Source: Candidatus Latescibacterota bacterium (GTDB lineage Bacteria; Latescibacterota; UBA2968; GCA-2709665). From it: a DNA stretch of 64,000 nt. The stretch is taken from positions 1,056,001 through 1,120,000 of the forward strand of contig OZ250150.1 of NCBI GenBank assembly GCA_965237675.1, written 5' to 3'. The notes under the pieces were generated by a model, which did no database searches, had not been told where the DNA came from, and saw nothing but the letters and a program-made list of their open reading frames with translations. Positions 10,347 through 20,273 of this stretch are shown here, piece by piece (positions within the stretch are counted from its first letter, which is position 1; each line of letters begins with the position of its first letter). The translations under genes and the position numbers were made by a program.

Positions 10347-11303
10347 TTAGAGAACGGCAGCGCGTTTTTCATGGCAGAGTTGGGCAACCTCGGCACCTGC
10401 GATGAAGACGATGGCTGAAAAGTAGATCCACAGGGCCACGGCCAACGACAGCGTATAAGCCCCGTACACATACCAGATGGAGGCGAAATGGCCCAGGTAA
10501 TAGCCGAAGAGCCATTCGGCCAGTTTCCACAGCAGGGCGGCCCAAAAAGCGCCCATAGCCAGCGCGTTTATCCGGGGTGCCTCATAAGGCACCAGCCAGT
10601 ACAGGCCAAGGAATACGGCAAAGGCCACGGCAAAGGAGGCGAGGTCGTAGAAGTAGGCCACATAGGAGTGCAGCGGTGACAGGACGGCGTTGAGGACCGC
10701 GGCCAAAATGGGCAGCGAGAGGATCAACAGCAAAAAAGCGCACAGTACCAGGAGTACCATAGCGAGGTCTTTCAATTTGCCCACCGCTACCGGCAGGGCC
10801 ATGCGCAAGAAATTCAACCGGAGACCTGAAGTACTCATATTCTTAAGTTTGTCCACCGCTTCCGGCCACTGCTTGAACAGTTTCGCCACCAGGTTATGCT
10901 CGTCCCCGGAGGCTCGGAAGACCGTGTTGAGGAGGGTTCTCATGCTGCTGAACAGGCTGCTGACACTCAGCAGCAGGATTGACAGGCCGGAAACGCCGTA
11001 CGCCTCTTTGAATTCGACGACGTCGGGGATGCGCGAGGATAGAGCATCCTTCAGGTACGCGGCCTGTTCTTCATAAGGGATGAACACCTCCACTGTCCTA
11101 TTGACCTGGTCGGCTATGGAGGCCGCGTCCTGGACTGCTCCGAGCACAAAGAAAATGAGGAAGACCGAGGGCACAAGACATAGGAGGGTTGCAAACGCAA
11201 GGCCGGCGGCGAACAGGAAGAGGTGGTTGTCGCTCATCCTGACAAACAGACCGCCCAGATAATAAGCCCAGAAGCCTTGTTTAGCTGTCTGTTTGTCTTT
11301 CAA
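10347..11303 (-). CDS. YihY/virulence factor BrkB family inner membrane protein
   Basis: AAGLAFATLLCLVP, LYWLVP, YGAY...LWIYFSAIVFIAGAE motifs. Confidence 0.9.
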   Translation of the reverse strand: MKDKQTAKQGFWAYYLGGLFVRMSDNHLFLFAAGLAFATLLCLVPSVFLIFFVLGAVQDAASIADQVNRTVEVFIPYEEQAAYLKDALSSRIPDVVEFKEAYGVSGLSILLLSVSSLFSSMRTLLNTVFRASGDEHNLVAKLFKQWPEAVDKLKNMSTSGLRLNFLRMALPVAVGKLKDLAMVLLVLCAFLLLILSLPILAAVLNAVLSPLHSYVAYFYDLASFAVAFAVFLGLYWLVPYEAPRINALAMGAFWAALLWKLAEWLFGYYLGHFASIWYVYGAYTLSLAVALWIYFSAIVFIAGAEVAQLCHEKRAAVL

Positions 11304-11473
11304 GGCAGAAAGGCCAGGGGGGCCTCCTCCGGGGTCGCCTCGCCGTCCGGCACGGACCGGCGCAGGGAGGGGGAAAAATTGACGATCTTATTGCGCAAGA
11401 TCACCATATTCGGCACTACCAGCCGCACATTTTCGAGCGTCACCAAGCCAGTAGCGGAGCGTTCGCGAGATTG
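11300..11473 (-). pseudogene. 3' fragment of an MscS-like mechanosensitive channel gene
   Basis: Minus frame RSATGLVTLENVRLVVPNMVILRNKIVNFS resembles the MscS beta-domain; its TGA overlaps the yihY TTG; cut at the duplication boundary. Confidence 0.5.
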
Positions 11474-12234
11474 ACCTCAATCCACCCCTGCCGCGTGATC
11501 GCGACCTCGCCGGTCGAACCATCCATTTCATGAACGATTTGCCGATGGACACGAGTTACAGGATCGCGGCCGTCACGACCGGAGGCGTCTCAACGGGCGA
11601 CATTACGATTGTCAGGGGGCTCATGAAGGGCACCGATCTCCCCAGCGGTTACACGTACCTCGTCAATCCCGGCGACGAATACGTCGTACCGACAATCGCT
11701 GAAATGGGAGACGGAATCTGAAAACAACTCACACGAAGGGTAAAATCAGCAATCAACGGTCAGGAACAACAGCTATCAGCGGTAAGCTCTCAGCCGGCAG
11801 CCAAAACCGGCTAGCGATTCGGCATTGTGATATCAATTCACGGATGCCTGGTTTTCGTAGGGGCGACCGGCCGGTCGCCCTCGTTACTGGAAAAACAGCA
11901 GTCAGCCGGCAGCGATCAGCTTACACCGGTTTGCGATACGGCTTGGCGATTCCAACCAGCGATATCCGCGCCATTATGTGGGCAACCACAAGGGTTGCCC
12001 CTACAAATGCAAAGGCCGCGCGTAACACGGCGAAATCAATATCACGTATGTCCGGCTTTTGTAGGGGCGGTTCGCGAACCGCCCGCGCGGCCTTTCGCTT
12101 TAGCCCCTCGCCCGCACGGTGGTGGAGTGGGGGGGTTTTCCACGCTATTCCGTTCAGCACCGAAGCGCAACGGGGCCGAATGCGTACGTAGGGCACAGCC
12201 GTTAGTATTCGCCACTGACGAGATTCGTGGAAAA
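11471..12234 (+). repeat. Copy 2 of ~755 bp direct duplication; contains an orphan alternative lyase C-terminus (to 11721)
   Basis: MNDLPMDTSYRIAAVTTGGVSTGDITIVRGLMKGTDL identical to lyase end; last ~15 aa differ; REPs at 11857-11881, 11980-12004, 12061-12084. Confidence 0.9.
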
Positions 12235-12322
12235 ATCGGCCCCGTGCCGAACGGCGCCGTTCTTTTTGGCCCTTTTTCTTTGGCGAGAAAGAAAAAGGGC
12301 GTAAAAATATAAAAATAAAAAA
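12105..12322 (+). repeat. Dispersed structured repeat ending in a TTCTTTTTGG.CCTTTTTCTT..AAGAAAAAGG hairpin
   Basis: Inverted homolog at ~35540-35752. Confidence 0.75.
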
Positions 12323-12453
12323 CTTATGCGAAATACATGGATGTGCTCATAGCACGACCTATCGTTCAGCTTCCCCTGTATTTCCTGGTTTCTTCGTGCC
12401 TTTCCAGCATTGTGTGAGAACGGGTTCTTCGATTACTGCGGCCGGTGGTTTCC

Positions 12454-13011
12454 TTACCTCAACCGCTCATAGACCTCCCTCGTTATCTCGAAATCCAGCA
12501 CCTCCCCACCTTCCACTTCCCTCGCGACGTTTAGTCCGAGCGACCGCCACAACCCCACTGACCGGACATTGTCGGCGGAAACGTCCATCGGACAGAACCG
12601 ATCGATTCCCAAGTCCTCAAACGCATACGCCATCAGGCACCGCACCACTTCTTTTCCGTAACCCCTTCCCCACAAAGACTTGTCCCAGATTCCAATGGGC
12701 AGGCGCATCACCTTCTCGCCCATAATCTTACGGCGCTCCAAATTCATCCACTGAAGACACACTTCACCGATGGTGCGGCCGCTGGCCTTTTCAACGACCG
12801 CGAACAGGAAACCCTGTTCGGCCATGGCCCTGCCCGCGCCTTTGAGATAGTCGGAAGTCACAGGTGCGTCAGGCGGTTCCGTCTCCATCGCGGCGAGAAA
12901 ATCGGGATCCCTGTAAAAGGGAACGGCCAGATCGAAATCCACCTCCTCAAATGGCCTCAGCCTCAGGCGCGCCGTTTCCAGGTGAAGATTATGGCCCGCG
13001 AAGTTTTCCAT
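12454..13011 (-). CDS. GNAT N-acetyltransferase (RimJ/RimL-like)
   Basis: LETARLRLRPF, WGRGYGKEVV, N..S..L...LG motifs. Confidence 0.88.
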   Translation of the reverse strand: MENFAGHNLHLETARLRLRPFEEVDFDLAVPFYRDPDFLAAMETEPPDAPVTSDYLKGAGRAMAEQGFLFAVVEKASGRTIGEVCLQWMNLERRKIMGEKVMRLPIGIWDKSLWGRGYGKEVVRCLMAYAFEDLGIDRFCPMDVSADNVRSVGLWRSLGLNVAREVEGGEVLDFEITREVYERLR

Positions 13012-13055
13012 TCTCCGGATTTCTTCTTTCTTTGTTTCGCGGTCTGTATCGGGTC

Positions 13056-14054
13056 TCAACTCTTCGCCGAATACGCCAATTCCATCCCGTCTTCAACATC
13101 CACCGTCACGCGCAGCACGCCGGGGCGGACGAGAGAAGCGGGTATGGGTTGATTGTTGACGCGAACCCGGGGATACCGGCACCACGCCGCGGGTACGTCC
13201 ACGTCCAGGGTGAGCGCACGGCACCTAACCCGGTCGGACAACCCGTCGAGGTTCAGACGGTAACGCCTTTCATCGGCGGTATCGGCGAGGGTTGTGACCT
13301 CGGTATGGCGCCGGGTGAGATGGTAGAAAATGGCTTCCTCGGGCACGGCGCACCATACATCTTCCCCGCCCTCGCTGAGAACGGTCTCAAAGCGGCCTCG
13401 AAGCTGGTCGGCGGTGCAGTCTTTGTTACGATGGACCACGTCATCCAGCGGACAGTGGCAGTAGTCGATAATCCACCCGCTGTCCACCTGCGCGTGGCGT
13501 ATGTTCCTGTACGGATCGAATTCGCTGTAGAAGGGCTCGTAGAACTGGTCGTGCAGGGCCGTGCGGTTCAGCCAGAAGAGTTCGTCGCCCGGCCGGTTTA
13601 GCGCGTCGGTGAGACTCATCGCGCCAAGGTATCCGTACTCCCGGCAGGCATCCAGGACATGGTCCGCCATGTTCGTATTGTTTCCGGGCGAGCAATAGAT
13701 GTCGACGGGGCCGTCGATGGCCTCTTCCAACACGGCTTTCGCTTCGCGCAACTCCCGGTCCAGCATGTCCGGCTGGATGACCTCGTGGCTCCAGGAGTGG
13801 TTGCCCACACCCCAGCCCCGGTCGACCATCTCCTTCATTTCCTCACCGGTCATGTGGCGGAAGCCGTTGTAGCTCGAGTTACCGAGGCGCCGTATTTCAC
13901 CGATGTGGCCGGCCACCGCTTCCATGTGTCCGGGCATGTTGAAGGCTTCATGAATTGGCACCGCGCGTTCGTGCAATTCGATCAGCGCTTCGTCGTACGT
14001 GATGGAATAGACCCATTTCTTTCCGTATTTCCAGTTGCAAATTTTGACGGCCAT
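13056..14054 (-). CDS. Polysaccharide deacetylase (CE4/NodB-like) family protein
   Basis: SITYDE, GWGVGNHSWSH metal motif, SPG, GWIIDYCH. Confidence 0.8.
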   Translation of the reverse strand: MAVKICNWKYGKKWVYSITYDEALIELHERAVPIHEAFNMPGHMEAVAGHIGEIRRLGNSSYNGFRHMTGEEMKEMVDRGWGVGNHSWSHEVIQPDMLDRELREAKAVLEEAIDGPVDIYCSPGNNTNMADHVLDACREYGYLGAMSLTDALNRPGDELFWLNRTALHDQFYEPFYSEFDPYRNIRHAQVDSGWIIDYCHCPLDDVVHRNKDCTADQLRGRFETVLSEGGEDVWCAVPEEAIFYHLTRRHTEVTTLADTADERRYRLNLDGLSDRVRCRALTLDVDVPAAWCRYPRVRVNNQPIPASLVRPGVLRVTVDVEDGMELAYSAKS

Positions 14055-14091
14055 TGAATTTTCCTTTCTTTGACGCTTCGTCGGATGACTT

Positions 14092-14868
14092 TCAGGCCTT
14101 TTGAGCGGTCCCGGCCGCCGCCATAAACGCCTCAAACGTAGTGCTGTACCCGATTTTCCATTCGAAAATATGGATGCCGTATCGGGTTGCAAGGCGTTCG
14201 TCAAAGGTATCCGGACGTTCCACGCCAACCGTGCCGTCGCGCATCAGTATACAGCGGTAACCGCGGGAGAGCATCGCCTGTCCGCCGCCCTCGGAACCCA
14301 GAACGCACATATCCGCGGCGAATCCGGTATAGATGAGGGTGTCGATGTTGTTGGCTTTCAGGAATGCGTCCAGGGTGTCGGTGTAAAAGACCATCGGCTC
14401 TTCGTCGATGGGAGACACGACTTCGGCCCGGCGCATTCTTGCGAGCGGGGAGTCTGTCATGTAATCGGGACCGTGGGCGCGATCCAGCATTTCCTTCTGG
14501 CGGCCTGTGGGTTTCCAGACGGTTGTTCTGTCCCGTCTGGACGGGATGTGAGGGTATTGTTCGTCCATCCAATCGGCTTCCACGTGAACCACGGGAAGCC
14601 CGATCGTCCGGGCCGCGTCCATGGCCGGGCGCATCACGTCGCACATGATACGGTACCCTTCGGCCGTGGCCTCGGGCCAACCCAGGTCCACGCAATAGTT
14701 CATATTCAGGGGAGGGCCGTCCGGACACCCGATATTCCAACAGTGCATGCCGACGAGGGCCGTCCGTGCGACAGGAAGTTCGAACGTGACCGATTCGTAC
14801 CCGGGATTATCGATGGGCAGGGCGCGGTAATAACGCGCGTTCAGATGGATGGTTGCGGAGTCGGACAT
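14092..14868 (-). CDS. Isochorismatase-like cysteine hydrolase
   Basis: ARTALV, DAARTIGLPVVHV, IDTLIYTGFAADMCV, RGYRCILMRDGT. Confidence 0.8.
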   Translation of the reverse strand: MSDSATIHLNARYYRALPIDNPGYESVTFELPVARTALVGMHCWNIGCPDGPPLNMNYCVDLGWPEATAEGYRIMCDVMRPAMDAARTIGLPVVHVEADWMDEQYPHIPSRRDRTTVWKPTGRQKEMLDRAHGPDYMTDSPLARMRRAEVVSPIDEEPMVFYTDTLDAFLKANNIDTLIYTGFAADMCVLGSEGGGQAMLSRGYRCILMRDGTVGVERPDTFDERLATRYGIHIFEWKIGYSTTFEAFMAAAGTAQKA

Positions 14869-14936
14869 TGCATACGCCTCTCGGGAACAACGGCGAAACG
14901 GAAGGATCAAACGGGATGCGCCGGATGTTCCGGACC

Positions 14937-16808
14937 TCAACGCATGGGTCCGCGCCCGTCCATAAGAATGTCTACGGGGTGGGAAAGCAGGATCAGGTCT
15001 TCGATGTCGAACTGTTCGAGCAGCCCGAAACAAAACGGGACGGGCTCGTTTGTGTAATCGACGCTCCAGTCGATGAGCCGGCGGAGGGAGTCGGGCAGGT
15101 TGGCGGTCAGTGCGTCGATGCCCCGGGGCCGCAGCGCCGCAGCGCAGATGGCGATAAGGCCGGTGGAGAGGCCCTGGGTGGTCATGTTCAGGGACTTCCG
15201 GCCAGTTGTCGACTCGATCCAGCGCCTGAGGGCGAGCAACTGGGCCGCACAGATGCCAAGGGGACGGTCACCGGCCGCGGAGATGCATTCCATAAACAGG
15301 TAGTGGTAGGCGCCGTCCGCAATGACCTGTTCGCCAAAAGCAAGCAGGTCGGCCACAAAAACGCGTCTTCCGGACCGGAGGGCGCTGTCTACCGCCCTCG
15401 CTGCGCCGGCCCGGCCATTTTCCGGGAGGACGAGCAGGACGTCTTTCGATCCGTTCGGGCGAAATTCCGTGACGGGAATATTCCAGCGGTCCATCTCCAG
15501 GAGATGGTGCGAGATTTGTACTCCGGCCAGCGTTCGTGTCTTACGCACGGATCGCGCTTCAACGGTGTACGCAGACGGCAGCCGCAACACTCTGGTAAGG
15601 CGTCTTCGATCCTGTTGTTTTGTATCCGTGGTCGATCGTTTCGCGGGCAGCCGCCCGGCGAGGTCTCCCGCAATCGAGAGAAACGTGGGGTTGTCCCGTG
15701 GCAACCCGACGTTGAGTTCCCACTCGGAGCGGATCTCGTCGTCGCAGGGGATATCTTCGGTGGAGATATCAAGGTTCCAGGCGTTCTTGAGAATCTGATA
15801 CAGTTGTTCCCGTATATCTTTCTCATAGTTGTGGTTGCCGGGATCTTCGTTGGCGTAAAAGCCGATACGATCGGTTACACCGAGCCGTTCATACACACGC
15901 CGGGCAGGTGTATACAGGGCAGGTCGCATGAATTCCGGGCGAAAGATACCGTCGTTGACGCTGTGTACGAGCAGCGCCGGACGGGGCGCGAACATCGCGG
16001 TGAGGGTGTCATAGTCGGCCACGGTGCAGAGATCGACCGGCGTCTGTTCCAGGTCTCCGTGGTCCTGCCATCGTTTGGTCGCCCGGTGCCAGATAGGGGA
16101 ATGCCCGGAGACAGGCACGGAGACGCCGATGCGTTCATCCATTGCGGTAAGCACCGCGGTCTGCCACCCGCCGCCCGACAGACCGGTCATCGCCACCCGG
16201 TCAGCGTCGGCATATCTGTGAGCGAGCAGCACGTCCAGACCGCGCTTCATGGCCAGATACATGGCGCTCACGCCGGCCACGCCGCACAGGTCGATGTGCG
16301 CCTGGTGCATGTGGTTGGCCGAGCCCTGAAGTTCACCCATGCCGATGAATTCGAAATTGAGGGCGAGCATCCCGCGTTTGGCCAGGTTGATGCAGCGGGC
16401 CTGCTTGTAGTCCATGGCCTTGCCGCCGCGGTGGTGGCCATTGGGGTTGAGCACGACAGGAACTTTGCTCTTGAGATTCTCGGGCTCGTATAACAGGGCG
16501 GGGATCCGCATGCCCGGGTACCCTTCGTAATGAAGTTTCCGGATGCGGTAGCCGTTGCCTTCCAGGACGCCCCGCCACTGTACCTTCGGCGGGTGGCTGT
16601 TGACGTCCGGATCGAGGCCTGTCAGGAAGACTTTATCCCGGAGGTCCCGGCGAATCCGGGCGGTTCGCCCTTTCCATTCCTCAGGGGATTCAGGTGTCTC
16701 GAGGCGCGGTAGTTTTTCCGTATAGTAATCCATCATGATACGGGTATGCCGGCCGCGCAGGAGTTTGCGCGAAAGCGCGTGTGTGATCTGATTGGACGTG
16801 AGGGACAT
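14937..16808 (-). CDS. Alpha/beta hydrolase, acetylxylan esterase-like (two-domain)
   Basis: IPALLYEP, PNGH, DADRVAMTGLSGGGWQT nucleophile elbow, FAPRPALL, GNHNY. Confidence 0.82.
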   Translation of the reverse strand: MSLTSNQITHALSRKLLRGRHTRIMMDYYTEKLPRLETPESPEEWKGRTARIRRDLRDKVFLTGLDPDVNSHPPKVQWRGVLEGNGYRIRKLHYEGYPGMRIPALLYEPENLKSKVPVVLNPNGHHRGGKAMDYKQARCINLAKRGMLALNFEFIGMGELQGSANHMHQAHIDLCGVAGVSAMYLAMKRGLDVLLAHRYADADRVAMTGLSGGGWQTAVLTAMDERIGVSVPVSGHSPIWHRATKRWQDHGDLEQTPVDLCTVADYDTLTAMFAPRPALLVHSVNDGIFRPEFMRPALYTPARRVYERLGVTDRIGFYANEDPGNHNYEKDIREQLYQILKNAWNLDISTEDIPCDDEIRSEWELNVGLPRDNPTFLSIAGDLAGRLPAKRSTTDTKQQDRRRLTRVLRLPSAYTVEARSVRKTRTLAGVQISHHLLEMDRWNIPVTEFRPNGSKDVLLVLPENGRAGAARAVDSALRSGRRVFVADLLAFGEQVIADGAYHYLFMECISAAGDRPLGICAAQLLALRRWIESTTGRKSLNMTTQGLSTGLIAICAAALRPRGIDALTANLPDSLRRLIDWSVDYTNEPVPFCFGLLEQFDIEDLILLSHPVDILMDGRGPMR

Positions 16809-16859
16809 GGGGATGATTCCCGAAAGACCGGGTGGAAGGCGTTGCGGCGCGCGTGCCGA

Positions 16860-17915
16860 TCAGTTCAGCGCATAGGTCTCATAAGGGTTCTGGCAGGGGT
16901 TGTTCCGGCTCACGTGCATGCGGCCGGTATCGGTTTCGATGATGACGGAGAACGTCGTGGCCCAGTACCCTGTCGTCGGATGATCGTTGGGATGGCGGCA
17001 GATGGAGGTGGGGCGGTTTTCATGATCACTCAGGGCGGCTTTGAGGTTTTCGATGGCAAAGGGACGTTCCATTTCAGCAAAGAGTTTCCGGATTCGGATT
17101 TTCCTTCCGCCGGACTGGATGAGTTCGGGGAAGACGTCGTTGTTATGCGCCAGTTCCGGATGCTCGCAGTGGTTGGTATGAGTCACCAGGCCCACACCGT
17201 CGTCCCGGATCACATGCACGTTTTCCAAAGTGACCTCCAGGTCGGCCGGCCCCTGTGGCGTCGACAGGATGATGTTGGCGGGGATGGCGCGACGCGCCCG
17301 GCGCACGGCCTGCACGGCATCTTCCAGGGTACCGGTCTCGTAAATACCGCGGACCGTGAAGTAGTGGGGTACGCCCACGGGACGGGAGGGCGCGGGCAGG
17401 GTATTCAGGCAGACGCCAATGCCTTCGCTGTTCAGGCCGATATAGGCGATGATGCCGGCCTGGGTAATGTTCAGGATGGCAGGTTTTCCCGTGGGGCGGC
17501 GCTTGAGGACGATCGTAAACGGATTGAGTGCCGGGTCGTTATCCCAGTTCTGACCCACAATGTTGGCCCTTCCCGCGGGCGCGGTGACTGAAAAGGACGT
17601 GCATCCCGCGTCGGCCGCGGCCTGAAGCTGATTTCGGACCTGGAGCATCATGAGATCGTCCATAGGGACGCCGGAGGACTCGGCCATGCCTCGCATCTCG
17701 TCGAGCATGTGGGGCGCGTATTCCTCCACGTACGGAATGCAGTCCCGGGCTACGGCCATTGCCCGTTCGACGGGGACGGTAACGCTCTTGTTCACCCGTT
17801 CGAGGGCGATATGCGCAAAGCCGCGGATCTCGTCGCGGGCGGCCTCGCCGATCTGCCTGCCCATTTCAATGGGCGAACCGGCGACTTCGATTTCACGGTA
17901 GCGTGTATCTGACAT
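16860..17915 (-). CDS. Peptidase C45 family Ntn hydrolase (acyl-CoA:6-APA acyltransferase-like)
   Basis: G-CTSF autoprocessing site, GQNWD, GLNSEGIGVCLN, HTNH. Confidence 0.9.
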   Translation of the reverse strand: MSDTRYREIEVAGSPIEMGRQIGEAARDEIRGFAHIALERVNKSVTVPVERAMAVARDCIPYVEEYAPHMLDEMRGMAESSGVPMDDLMMLQVRNQLQAAADAGCTSFSVTAPAGRANIVGQNWDNDPALNPFTIVLKRRPTGKPAILNITQAGIIAYIGLNSEGIGVCLNTLPAPSRPVGVPHYFTVRGIYETGTLEDAVQAVRRARRAIPANIILSTPQGPADLEVTLENVHVIRDDGVGLVTHTNHCEHPELAHNNDVFPELIQSGGRKIRIRKLFAEMERPFAIENLKAALSDHENRPTSICRHPNDHPTTGYWATTFSVIIETDTGRMHVSRNNPCQNPYETYALN

Positions 17916-17995
17916 CTGGACCTCCTCCGACCTGGAAGGCGTTCCAGCCATCCCCGACGGCCCGGAGACGGGCACCTTTTCGGGAAGGGCAACGC

Positions 17996-19237
17996 CTATG
18001 CGCGATTTCGATCGGCCACTTCCCGGACGACCTGCGCGGCGAGTTCGCAGTGTTCGGGTTCATAGCGTTCGCAGAAGGAAGACCAGCGAACGAAAGTCTC
18101 CAGGAAGTTCCGGGCATTGGGGCAGGTATCCCCGTTGTACGAATATTCCCTGGAAGCGGGGGGCATCGAATAAGGATGCAGCTTCTTTTTCGCTTTTTCT
18201 GTGAGAAAGGGCAGGGCCGCGGGTAACAGGTAGTAGCGACCCGTTCCCGCGCCGGGGATACCCCCATCCGCGACCTGTTGTGCAAACGCGTCCGGCGTGC
18301 AGACAAACGCGTCGGGGTCGACGCTGAAACCGGCCATCCAGCAGGAGTAGACGTTCATGTAATCCGGGATGGGAAGTGGGGTGATGCCGGGGATCTCCTC
18401 CAGTCTCTCCGTGAGCAGACGGATCATCCGGTCGCGCTGCTCCACGTTGGGACGGATGATCTCAAGCTGCGCCAGGGAGACGGCAGCGGTGCATTGGGGC
18501 ATGCGGTGGGCAAATCCGGGCACAACGTGCTGCCGTCCGAACCCGCCGAGCACCTGGCCGCCACGGCTGTGGCCGATGAAGCGCATGCGGTCAGCCAGGT
18601 TGTCGTCGTCGGTAACCACACAGCCGCCAATGTCCGAACCCATGGTTTTTTCTGAGTCGAAGGAGAAGGCGCCGGCAGTTGATAGAGACCCGGCCAGACG
18701 ACCCTTGTATTCCCCGAACACAGCCTGACAGGTGTCCTCGTAAACGATGAGACCGTGTTCGTCCGCGAGTTCGACGATGGGATTCATATCGCAGATCGTG
18801 CCCGTCATGTGCACGACGAGAATGGCGCGCGTGCGGTCCGTGATGCAGGGTGCGATGGTTTCCGCGCTGCTGGCCAGGGTACCCGCATCCGTATCCGCGA
18901 AAACGGGTATATAGTTCTCTCTTATGAGACCCTGCACGGTGCCGTAATCCGTAACCGAACTGACGACGATTTCATCCCCCGGATCGAAATCCAGCGCACA
19001 GGCCAGAACGGCCAGGGCTGGCGTACAGCCGGGCGTCGCAATGCAGTGTTTCACACCCATCTCTTCCGCGAATGCGTCTTCAAATCGCCCGATCATGTTG
19101 CACGTCAGACCCGAGTCGACCACCTCCCGGAGATAGGTCATCGCGTTGGGTCCGATGGTGCGCGGAAAGGGCTGGGGCAGCGTGCCGGCAAGCCCGGCGG
19201 CCGCATCCGCGCCGTATCTGGCCCTCTCTACGGTCAT
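17996..19237 (-). CDS. DegT/DnrJ/EryC1/StrS PLP-dependent aminotransferase
   Basis: FEDAFA..GVKHCI, EDTCQA, FSFDSEKTMGSDIGG. Confidence 0.92.
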   Translation of the reverse strand: MTVERARYGADAAAGLAGTLPQPFPRTIGPNAMTYLREVVDSGLTCNMIGRFEDAFAEEMGVKHCIATPGCTPALAVLACALDFDPGDEIVVSSVTDYGTVQGLIRENYIPVFADTDAGTLASSAETIAPCITDRTRAILVVHMTGTICDMNPIVELADEHGLIVYEDTCQAVFGEYKGRLAGSLSTAGAFSFDSEKTMGSDIGGCVVTDDDNLADRMRFIGHSRGGQVLGGFGRQHVVPGFAHRMPQCTAAVSLAQLEIIRPNVEQRDRMIRLLTERLEEIPGITPLPIPDYMNVYSCWMAGFSVDPDAFVCTPDAFAQQVADGGIPGAGTGRYYLLPAALPFLTEKAKKKLHPYSMPPASREYSYNGDTCPNARNFLETFVRWSSFCERYEPEHCELAAQVVREVADRNRA

Positions 19238-19379
19238 GGTTCATCCTTTCTGGCAGTTCGCGTTGATTGGATCGGCCCCTCGACGACTTCTCCCCATAAC
19301 CAGCCTCGCCCGGCATCACAGCTTTCAGGCGTTCCGCCGCATCGAAGCAGGGAAAAGGTTTTTTGGTTATGCCGTGGTG

Positions 19380-20132
19380 CTACTTTTTCCCCTGTGCGGC
19401 GTGCATTTCTTTGGAAAAGACATGGGGCTGTATTTCGCGGCTTCCGGCTTCAATCATGCCCTGGAGGTATTCCACGGTTTTCTGAACCGCGGCTTCAACC
19501 AGAATCTTGCCCAATTCTTCAGTCGCTTTCATAGGCTCCTGGGCTTCCTGGTCCGCCATCGCATCGTGGCGGATGTTCTCCGGACAGATGACCATGGCCA
19601 TCGCGGTTTCGTATTCCCCGGCATGACCGGGTACCCTGCTCGTGCAGTGCTGCTCGGCGATTTCCCGGCTCAGGTTCCAGTAGGAGTGGAACTGCACGTT
19701 GGCCTCCGGGGCCGTCATTTTAAAGAAGAGTTGCCACTGCCGGAGGATGCCCATCATGGGGGCTTCGTTGCCCCCGTGTCCGTTCAGGATAAGCACGTTG
19801 TTGATTCCGTGGCGCACCAGGCTCTCCACGGCGTCGAAGAGTACCGACAGCCAACTGCCGGGTTTGGCGGTGACGGTTCCCTTATGGATCATGTGATGTT
19901 CGGAGATGCCGACCGCCATCGGCACGTTTACGGCAACATTGGGGTACAGCCGTCTGGCGGCTTCGGCGGCCACGTGGGTGGCCGCACGGATGTCGTATTC
20001 CATGGCCAGGTGTTCCAGGTGCTGTTCATTGCTACCCGTTGGTATGATTGCGGTTCCGAACCGACCGGCTTCCAGGGCTTCCCGGAACTCCTTGCGGGTG
20101 AATTTGGCCACAGCGACTTCCTGGTTTTGCAT
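19380..20132 (-). CDS. Creatininase family amidohydrolase
   Basis: PTGSNEQH..HL, ISEHHM, NGHGGN, GHAGEYET. Confidence 0.92.
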   Translation of the reverse strand: MQNQEVAVAKFTRKEFREALEAGRFGTAIIPTGSNEQHLEHLAMEYDIRAATHVAAEAARRLYPNVAVNVPMAVGISEHHMIHKGTVTAKPGSWLSVLFDAVESLVRHGINNVLILNGHGGNEAPMMGILRQWQLFFKMTAPEANVQFHSYWNLSREIAEQHCTSRVPGHAGEYETAMAMVICPENIRHDAMADQEAQEPMKATEELGKILVEAAVQKTVEYLQGMIEAGSREIQPHVFSKEMHAAQGKK

Positions 20133-20273
20133 ATGGGTTCTCCTTTATGGGACTTGGCTTGGAATCTCTGTTCAGTGTGCCGGTGCGGGCGCACTGTCAT
20201 AACGCGATTTGAAAAGCGGTTCGGAATGGATCGCGAATGCAGCATATGCCACATCCGGATAGCGAGATCGGGC

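Noticed and set aside
9360-11721. Diversity-generating retroelement TR/VR pair (also considered for the Kelch genes)
   Set aside because: Differences are not adenine-specific and include many synonymous changes; no reverse transcriptase in the window
9446-12312. Small ORFs recurring in several places (MWATTRVAPT.., VGATGRSP.., HVILSVVEES..)
   Set aside because: Translations of intergenic repeat families, not protein families
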